Shown here: one piece after another, positions 46,901-56,560 of the stretch
How the letters are laid out: the number at the start of each line of letters is the position of its first letter
Numbering within the stretch: position 1 is the stretch's first letter
Assembly: GCA_964035545.1 (NCBI GenBank)
Contig: OZ037769.1
Location: 16,584,633 to 16,648,632 of the forward strand
Reading direction: 5' to 3'
DNA length: 64,000 nt
From: Bugula neritina
Lineage: Eukaryota; Animalia; Bryozoa
Notes under the pieces: model-generated
What the model was told of the DNA's origin: nothing
Seen by the model: only the letters and a program-made list of their open reading frames with translations
Databases searched by the model: none
Made by a program: the position numbers and the translations under genes

Positions 46901-49900
46901 AAACTTCAAAACAGCAAAATAATATGTATAAACTACTCAAAAACATTGGAAAGTTATTTTAACTATAACTGTGTCAACATGTACTTTCAAGAAGAGCTTT
47001 AAATCTTGCACAAAAATTATTTTGTTTATTTATAAAAGAAGAATTTTTCATTTATAAAACAAGACTGTTGGAAATATTAATGAAAGAATGCCCTCTGGTG
47101 AGTAGACAACTCCTGAATCCAACTCGGCAAACTTTCACCTCGTTTGAAGTTTCACATGCAAATGAGAGGGTTGTGCTGGTGAAGCACAAAAACTTGTTTT
47201 TATTTAGGAACTATCTTTTGGTAATTCTGTAAAGGTACTACGAATATGTATTTCAACAGCCAACAGAAATAAGTTTTTATATTTAAACAGTCCATAAAAC
47301 TAAATGTTCAATTTCAACAGCCAATAAAAACAAAGAGTAATAATTCAACATATATTTTTTAATTTAAGCATGCATGCATTTAAACTATATAAAATATCTG
47401 CTCCTACAGTTACAGTATCGCGTAGTTTTAGTGATCATTTACACAAGTAATGACTTTACGAGACGTGGTTATATAGATATAAAAAGGCAGGGCTTCTCAC
47501 CTTCCGTAGATTCCAAGGTTATTAATCGAGTACCAGTTTTCCTGTCTGGCAGCGTCCACAGCAGACGTGTGTCCAATAAGACGGATGTACAACTGTGTGC
47601 TGCTGTACGCATCATTTAGGTACTCTCCCTCTTCGGTGGGTGTCAGAATTGGAATGTAAAATCGACTAAAACATACCTCGAAGTGTACAATAATATTTAC
47701 ACACAACATAGTCCAAGGTTTAAACTCTAAGTTGACGCCAGATATAATTAGTCTCTAGACTATCTTGAGTTTACTTCACAGTTTAATCAAAATAGTTGGA
47801 GCTTCAGATTACAGCAAACTTATTCTCGTGTTTTAAACAATAGAAAACTGATTTCACTAAAAATGCCCATCGTACATTTAGGAGTTATCTCCCTTATTAT
47901 GAATCACCTCCATAATATAAATATATGGAAATTGCATCTAATACTTAATACTTTTTTAATAATTATTCATTCTGTTTTCACTTTTGTTCATAACTTTTTA
48001 GCAAAAGTCAAAAATCCTTTAGTTAACGCTGCAAAAAGCAAAAACTGAGTTAATGAAAAAAAATTATGATGTGACATGCAAATGGTGACATTGTTCAAAT
48101 ACCTGGTAAAGAGTTGAAAGACATCTTTCCAGTTGAAACATTTCGGTGTGATGTTTGTCTGTACCACAGCTCGTTTCTTTCTTTTCTGAGGAACTATTCT
48201 ATTCTTTTCTCCAAACACAGCGTTATAGTTGTATGGATCTATACCATAGTCTTCTAAACAGTCATCGCTCACATAAGATACAGCACCCTCTATAGCCGGG
48301 TTAGTACTGATTAGTTCAATCTCCATTCTAGCAGGGTGAAAAGGAGTTATCTCGTCATCTTCATCGAAAAAACCACCCAACAGAGTGGGGAAATAGCCCG
48401 TCAAAGCATACATCTGCGAGAAGACAATAGAAATACATTCATAGAAGGAAAGCTGGTGGTTCTTCAGTTATATGTGGTAAATCTGTAAAATGCTGCCATT
48501 TGTTGATCTTCGCTTGTTATGGTTACAAAAAGCATTGCAAAAATTACGGTATTCGGGGCTGAGTTATTTGCATACCCAAGTGATTACTGGGTAGCAGAGT
48601 TTTAGTAACTATCAACTATCAACAGATTTCATGTATCTTAAAGCCAACATGCAAACTAATTTAATTATATTTTTTGGAAAACAATTCCAGTCTAATATTG
48701 TGGTAAATTTTGGGCTATTTATATTGCTAATAGCTGGTAGATAAAGGCTATGTAATTAACTCCCTGGGCTTAGTAGCCTGACAATTATATGCTTTAATAA
48801 CGCTATCATTTGTAACTCTCTGGTAATCATGTAAATGGTTTCCTTAAATGGGGGGTAGAACACTGACTAACACTAATAGCTGCCTGGGCAAGTCTGGGAA
48901 ATTTCCATCTTCTAAGTAACAGTAATGCGTCGACTTGCCCAGAGAATTCTAGAACATTCGGAACTTCCGTTTGGATGAATACGTGGATGGACAATGATTG
49001 GCTGGCTGGTCCACAGTGTTATTTATAAGCTGAGGCTTATTGGCCAGCCTGAAAATGGGCATATCTCAGTATATAAGGAGGTGATCAAGCCAACCTAGAG
49101 AGTTGGAGAGCATTTAGCTACTGTTTCATTCTTAGATTGTGTACTGTTATTTTGCTACTTGTAATTATATTTTTGCTTGGTTAATAACAAAGGATGTATG
49201 TTTGACCTCTACAATAGGCCAACCTACAACACATGTCTACTCACAGAATACTCTCGTACCTTTCTCTTGAATAATAACAGTAAATTAGGTAATAGCATTG
49301 GTTCTTCTCAATAACCCAAAAAGTAGAATTTATATGCTCTGAAATTCCACAACAATACATCCCAAATACTCAAATCTTTAAACTTGAAGACACCAGAAAA
49401 ATTAAGGCACTATTGTTTCATGAAAAATGACATTTAGCTACAATTTTCGAAACAAAATTTAAACAGTTTATTCTATCCCTTGTTTACTATTCAGTTTGTA
49501 TCGAGACGTACCAGCATTGGTCTATTGAAAGTAATAGTTATCTCTGCCTCGTCAGTATAGTCAGACACCCAGCCATTGCCGTTGAAGATGGAAAGTTTCT
49601 CGTTGCTAATAAGGCCAGAAGATGTGTCAGTCCCGAACCTGCTAGTTGAATTCTGGTACGGATCAACACAGTCAAACTGGTTTTCATCTCCACCAATAAA
49701 GTTTAACGTGTCTGAATAATGACGAGGACATTCACACTCGGGTTGAATTCGGTAGAGAGCTAGTGGAGATCCAGAGTACATGGAGTAGATCTCACTGGAA
49801 GGAGAACAGAAATGGTGCTCAACAAAGAAGAACGTGACTCAACTAATCAGAGATCCACCAGAAATTAGTGATTCAGTACTAGCGTAAGAGAGAGCCAATT

Positions 49901-52223
49901 GCTCTAAACATTTGAACTGGTAATTTTACTAAAAAGAACACAAATACTGAACAGCAAATTCAAATACTCAAATAACTACTTTTAAAAATTCTGAAAGCTT
50001 AAAGTTATGCAAAAAACAAATGCATTCTATTTAATTATGTTAGTATTTAAAATCCAAAGACTAATAATTCTTATTGTTTATATTTTTGGTCTCGAGTTGA
50101 CAGCCTTCCAAGTGATCATTATTGAGCGAATTAGAATACAAGTGTAGTTAAGCTGTTAGTTGAGAAGTAAGATAAATCTCTTTAAATTAAACATGCCTAT
50201 ATATATTTTACAGGTTAAACAATTAACTCCTCTTGCTGTTTTGAGAAGTAAAATTGTACAAAATTTACTTTGTACTTAAGAAGTCAAGTAACAAAACAGT
50301 TACGTATTTAAACACTAAATAAGTGACTTACTTTGTGGAGGCCTGATTATTGTATAACTTGATGTTGGTAAACTCTCCTGTAATGTCAGACCCTCCAAAC
50401 CCAACAACGTACTCGGAAATAGTCTGGAATCTGCTTGAAAGTGGTAAATACCTGTGAGATACTTCTCCATCAACAAATACCAAGATTATGTCTTCAATAA
50501 ACTGCAAATTGTAAACAAATAAGATAAAAGATAACATACAGTGAATATGAAATAATTATCATCACTGAGCACTGGAATAATTGCAGTTCAGCTACCTGCA
50601 AAGTTATGTGTCGAGTTTGACTCGGCGTTGGATTTTGGTCAAAGACTGTCAAGTTGTGATCTGGTGAGTTACTAGCTTCCAGGTATCCACTTTCATTAAA
50701 CCAGAAACTAAGAGTCCAGAATATTCCAGATGAAGGGCTGTCAATAATGGGTCCATACCCAGAAATGTTGAGAAATGGAGCTCTAAAAGTTTCAGAAGGA
50801 AATTTGAATGGTAATTTGATTCATAAAACATTAGTCAAAATTACATGCTAGTATAGACCTACTCAGTCTATGTTAGTAGTTCACTCAGTCTATGTTAGTC
50901 TATGTTATTCAGTCTATGCTACTCGGTCAATGTTAGAGAACTTACGGTGCAGACGTATTCAGTGCTGTAAGCTGCTCAACTGTGAACATCAAAGTCCAGT
51001 TTTGTGAAGGAGTCTGTAAACTGGTATATATCTGTTGAGGAGGCGAGACAGTGTTACACTCTCCTGTAGCCTCAGTAATGATGATATTACTTCCTGTCAT
51101 AGTGATACCGCATTCTGGAAGAGAGGTGTTGAAGGGTAAGTATCCCCCATCTAGAGAGCCAACTTGATATTGGATCTCAGACACCAGATAGGTACTGAGA
51201 GAGTTGGATTTTGAGTGAGCACATGTTGGGTACAAACAACGTTGAGGAAAACAGTCTACTATTACAGAAGTTGAGGCATTAGTAGGAAAAGTGGAAGTGG
51301 TGATTCCTGCTGACTGAGATGGCAAACAGTACGACTGTAGAGGGTCACAGTTTTCACGATTTGAGTTCTCCAGTTCAATTTCAACCTCTACTGGAATATT
51401 AGGGAGAGAGTTAATAACGGTTGGATATGAATTCACATCTGGAATCCCGCTTAACTCCACCAGCCAAATAAAATAGTCATCTGCACCAGACTGGGCATCT
51501 GTCACATACAACAAGCATGGCAGCCATAGAAAAGCTCTTATAGCTCCTGGAAGTAACCTGTAACAAAATGATGAGCCGTTAGCATTCACCCCTTAAGGTC
51601 TTTAACATCTGGTTTGAAGTTAGAGTTGAAAAGTTTGCAAGAACATGCTCTCATACATACACTAAAATCACCAGTTGCATTACAAACAGCACCACAGACA
51701 GCTCTATAAGTCACAAATGTATCTGTTACAGAAGGAAACACTGCGAAACATTATCTTTCTTCAACTGAAGCAGTATTAACTCTTTCATCATGCCGTGACT
51801 CCCAAACAAACTTTATTACTCTCAATCATCACACTTCACACAACTGTTCTACCAGATTCTCCAAATCCAGCTCACACATTGCCTATCGAATTCAACTCGT
51901 GTTGCAGAGGGAGAGACTGGGTCTACACGTGGACTACGGAACCACTTGATGGCAAACTAATGCCTGTACTAGTTTTAACAGTAAATTTATATTTATGGAT
52001 TAATATAAAACCTTTGGACTGATAAAGTTGCTCTTTTTCAGCAAAGGTTACCACCTACTGTCAACTATAATTCATGGGTTGAGCCCCTTGACTTCATAAT
52101 TGAATTTGATTAGAACTTAGTTACTAATAGTAATTTGTCTCAGCAATCGGGAAGGAGGCAGATTGGATAGAAATGGCAGTAGATTAATATGGTGATCACT
52201 GAAGACAGAATTTACCTGACCAT
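37992..52223 (-). CDS. Chimeric receptor tyrosine kinase: signal peptide, Usherin-like LamG-like/LamNT/laminin-EGF head, 3 IPT domains, TM, MET/RON-like kinase; ~1,496 aa
   Basis: Exons (52216-52223 putative), 50946-51557, 50596-50782, 50332-50501, 49512-49794, 48103-48413, 47501-47665, 46010-46310, 45577-45713, 45266-45457, 44614-44722, 44297-44384, 44058-44117, 43710-43766, 42291-42484, 41548-41763, 40940-41177, 40565-40777, 40097-40284, 39458-39567, 38906-39068, 38620-38756, 37992-38343 give one 4491-nt frame. Kinase motifs: [104 protein letters not shown] motif: [20 protein letters not shown]: [21 protein letters not shown]. Confidence 0.88.
42730..43050. repeat. Degenerate fold-back element with ttggaaaatggaca sub-repeats, in an RTK intron
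   Basis: Arm ~42807-42863 is an imperfect reverse complement of ~42991-43048; a 14-bp unit is repeated ~5 times on the left. Confidence 0.55.
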
Positions 52224-52300
52224 TGGTGAGAGCATATATTAACTATAATTATAGCACAAATGGAGATGAGTGTTTGCATGGTCAATTCAGAATGGGTAAA
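50890..52300 (-). repeat. Left arm of an inverted segmental duplication (partner ~62350-64000)
   Basis: The exon and upstream intron align in reverse complement with the window end; similarity is high in the exon and decays towards ~52300/62350. Confidence 0.9.
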
Positions 52301-53656
52301 CAATTTGAATTAGCCATTCAGTATTCAATATTACATTTGGCATTGAATTTAACCAATGTATCAATAATACACTCATATAAAAATAGTATAGGTATTGTAA
52401 ACACCTTGCTTTTCTATGATAGCTTATATAGGCTGCTAATATGTTACTCATGGGTATCCAGTAATACTGGGTCAGTAAAGCCCTCATATATAGCTAGGAA
52501 CTATGAGCATGTAACCTACAGATGTTAGCAGGGGTGATTGTTGAGTTGGGAATGGAAGGACATACATCCTATCAACTATCAGAAACAAGACATAAATCAA
52601 CCATGCAGCTATTCATACAGTTAATAAACAGACAAACCAATAAACATAGAAGTCTGTGGATTGTTGCAGCAGACGCTGAACTTGTCCAATGACCTCTCCT
52701 GTTATCTATATACACTAAATAGAATGATTTAGTATTAAAAGACAGTTTCCCAAACAGATGTAAAGGGTGCTTAGTCAGTAGCCCCTGATGTAGAGAAGGT
52801 GCTGAGGCTATGAGGCCAGGATTTAGCAGTCAGTCAACTTTGAAGAGATTTAATCATGTATAACTGATGTGCTAGCAGTGAGCCAGGCATGCACTGATAC
52901 CAGTTCATGTTACAATTCATTCCACATTATTAGGAATAAAGGACTGAGGTGTCTGTTTGAATGCAGCACCTCTAAATAAATAAAAGATATAATCCATTTA
53001 TTAGTTATCTGGAAAGTTACATTAGCTTAGTTATAGAGTGAACAAGGCATCATACTAAACAAAGCAGTAACAGAGAAATTTCAAAGCTCAAGTTCTTTAG
53101 CTTTCCTAATAAGTTTTGGTTTGGGGCAGAAGTTGAAATTCTTATGAGAAAATTTTTTGTTGAGTTCTCTAACCTAAAACCCAAGCTTTTCTCAATTTTT
53201 CACTGCTGGCCCCATATCAGGTTTGCATGCCACTAAGGTAATTACATCACAATTACATCGTGAGAATTTCCGACTAGCCGTTTGTGTCTCTTGTTGTAGA
53301 AATAATTGAAGTTGAAGCAATTATTATTGCAGTTAAATCACTTAAAATAATGAAAAACTACCATATCACATCAGATGAATAGAGAGAAGCGAACAATTTT
53401 AGTGTAAGGTATTGAAGGTGTAATGTTTTGGCTCTCTTAGAAAGTGATGTCATAACCCGCACTTTCCCGTTCACTCCCACATAAACAGCAAGAGTGTATA
53501 TATGTACACCAGCAATATAAACATCTTGGGTTTTTCACAACCCATTGATCCACAAAAGTATAAATTTAGACTACAGGAGGCTAAACCATAATGTGATCTC
53601 AACTTTATATTAAAAAACCTAAGCAATGGGAGACTAGGCATATAAGCCTGAAAATT

Positions 53657-53764
53657 GCTAGAAGCAGCACCAAGTTGGAGATGACTAAGTGCAATGGTTG
53701 GTGTTGGTAGTATACGAATTTTTGAGTTGGGGTTCGGTTACCCTGAATCGGTGCTGCTTCTAGC
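53657..53764. mobile_element. Small MITE-like element with a perfect 15-bp inverted repeat
   Basis: gctagaagcagcacc...ggtgctgcttctagc; internal ccaagttggagatgactaagtgca matches the reverse complement of part of the 21131-21260 element. Confidence 0.6.
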
Positions 53765-53959
53765 CACATTCTACAAGTCTCTACAGTAATTTATTAACTA
53801 ATAACATAATATTTTAATGATTACCACAATTCATGGCATCAAGTAGATTTGAACGTTGTCTGACGATACCATTTTGAACCCGTGCCTTATCTTTCAAACC
53901 ACTAAAAACTATAGCTAAACTATAACAGTTACGCATTGCTATAAAACCTCACATAAGTT

Positions 53960-54163
53960 TATAGTCACTATCCCTGTAAAAAACCCCTGATAGGAAGGGT
54001 TTGTTTTTTACACTGGGCTAAGGACTTATCCAGATAGGATACAGGAGTAATTATAACTGGATCCTCTTTCTAACATCACCAATGGCAATGGCCTTAACAT
54101 TTGAACCTATATATGACTTTGTATTACTAGGAAAATGCTCAAACCCCTAGACCACGGCTGCTC
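53960..54163 (-). mobile_element. tRNA-derived SINE, copy 3
   Basis: Reverse complement reads agagcagccgtggtctaggggtttgagc...ggttcaaat...ccattggtgatgttagaaagaggatccagttataatt, as in copies 1 and 2. Confidence 0.78.
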
Positions 54164-55514
54164 TTAGCCGAAAGCTTTACTGCAGTACTCTTAAATACCT
54201 ACACTTACTGAAAACAATCGTGAATACTGAATGATATTAGTAATAAACAAGAGAACCACAATATAAATAATATTATCCTTGATAGTGAAATTGTGGGGAG
54301 AACCCGTACATGTAAAGATTTAAATACTTACATAATATTTTCCCAGACCAGATTGACAAATATATTCGTATAATTTTAAGTACAAGCACTATGATAGCTA
54401 AATTTCACTGCTAGTAATAGCCAGCAGTCTGTACGCCTGCGTCACTAATACACTATAGAATGAAAACCACTCGGTATACCACATCTTTCACAACTTTCTG
54501 CTTCATTGATTCAGATGAATGTCATACGTCACGTGTAGCTCGTATAGTATGACATGCCGTGTTTACTTGATAGTAACTATAATTCAGATGTGACAACTGA
54601 TGTAAATGTTCTTGCTTATTGTTTTGTAAAGCTGAGTAAGGGGTTGAGTTGCAAGATTTGACCTAATTACAAATGTAATAGCAGTACTGATGGAGAGAGA
54701 TGAGTGCATTAATGTTGATTCATATACATAATATGTAGAAACACACGGAAACAAAATTGAATAAAAACACATTACTGTGTGTAGAGCCTCCCTTTAAACC
54801 ATATTGTGTGATTTTCATTCGGATATTTCATCACAATGAGCTGATCTAAAAATAGAACATTAGGTCATATCAACCAATGCTAAGGGAATACCAGCAGCTC
54901 CAATTAATGCCACTGAATATGGTCACGTGACTGTAATGCTGGAATGGCTTATAATTTAGTTTAACTTCTGCTCAATCACAGTAAAAGAGTCATTATAAAA
55001 TTAGGTCAGCAATCTAAAAGTAAAATGTACTTCTACTAGTGATGACAAATGTGATCACAGGTAAACATATACCCATATGCCCACTTTGGTGAACATAGTA
55101 TTATGGAAAGTCATAACGTTACATAATATAATATATTCATAACTTCCGCTTCTTTTTATGCTGGTATATGTAACATCTCTCTCAGTTATAAATTATGTTT
55201 AGCAATCGGTTTATATCAGTGCTGCCTTATTCCACAGATGGCTGACTCCTGGTGCTGCCAACGAGGTCCAAAGGTTCTGTTATATCAACAGCACTATATC
55301 ACCACACAGCTATATAAAATTACACAGATACTGTATGCAAACAGTCTGTTGCAGTATTATATAACATCTCAAGTCTAGAGATTTTATGAAGAACTTTCTC
55401 ATTACATAATATATGTTGCTTCATGTCAATGACTCATCTCTCTGAGAGGTGCTGGCATGTACCTGCAGGTGTCCCTAGGACTGTGTAGTAACTAACTTCC
55501 TGTGTAGTTATAGC

Positions 55515-55528
55515 GTATCCATGGCAAC
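55515..55528. promoter_or_regulatory. RFX X-box upstream of RTK copy A
   Basis: GTATCCATGGCAAC matches GTHNYYATRRNAAC exactly; a minus-strand CAG|GT donor-like site lies ~55 bp away at ~55461. Confidence 0.5.
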
Positions 55529-56069
55529 ATAACACCCTAGCTCTATGACACAAGTTACTATTATTTCAACCTAGTAGCTTCCTAGTTATTATGCTTTACA
55601 TATTTAATATTCAATAAATAATCAATCACACTTTATTAACATTATTCCAGCATATGAAGTTTATAGTACAGCATAAACTCTTACAAAACATTATATCGGA
55701 TTGCAACCAAAATATTTTCACCAGAGTTATCCTCTCTTGTACACTAAGCTTAGTAATGAAAAGACAACTTCTTCTAAACACAAAGTAATATTATATTTTA
55801 TCTATTTTTATTTCATAATTATTATAATCAATATAGTATTATTATGATATATGCCTTTACTACTACTGAAATTTATATCTATACTATAATATACTATACT
55901 ATACTATACTATACTATAATAATCATCAATTCAAATACTATTTTGCTATATTATCATTTTCTATAATAATATTTAACTCATAGTCTATATATGATTACCA
56001 TAATGACATGTTTAATTTATATATCTTACTATAATAATTTTATATTATTTATATTTAATTTATATTTAT

Positions 56070-56257
56070 GGTCACCTTTCACCGCCGTGGTCCTGCGCGG
56101 CTGGCGGGTTTTCGCTTGATACCAAGTTCTACCAGACATCTCCATCGGACTCGATCCTTCAGCACGATCTGCGCCATCTAGATCAAGCCATCTAAAGTCT
56201 GAGTTTATTGTATCACACCATCTTCGCTTTGGTCTACTCCTAGGTCGAACTCCCTCA
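56070..56257 (-). mobile_element. 5'-truncated RTE-clade LINE insertion with a 17-bp TSD
   Basis: GC-rich island; minus strand encodes EGVRPRSRPKRRWCDTINSDFRWL...DRVRWRCLV; flanked by atttaatttatatttat at 56053-56069 and 56258-56274. Confidence 0.8.
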
Positions 56258-56319
56258 ATTTAATTTATATTTATAACAATATTAATTTATATATCTTACT
56301 ATAACAATTATATTTAATT

Positions 56320-56560
<241 letters not shown>

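Noticed and set aside
51539-51541. RTK copy A as a pseudogene because of ATG to ATA
   Set aside because: All downstream exons are intact with catalytic motifs, and an in-frame upstream ATG plus donor exists at 52223-52214; not fully excluded without transcripts.
46010-51557. Reading the upstream exons as a divergent Sema-PSI head of an ordinary MET, or as a separate Usherin gene
   Set aside because: No PSI CxxC...CxWC motif or Sema pattern, and the blocks follow Usherin instead. A true Usherin needs many more LE and FN3 exons, whereas here the IPT exon follows after only 296 nt, in phase, with no signal peptide or promoter of its own.
52223-52528. 101-aa plus-strand ORF and other short ORFs in the 52-63 kb spacer
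   Set aside because: AT-rich, non-ATG starts or low complexity, no recognisable motifs or exon chain.
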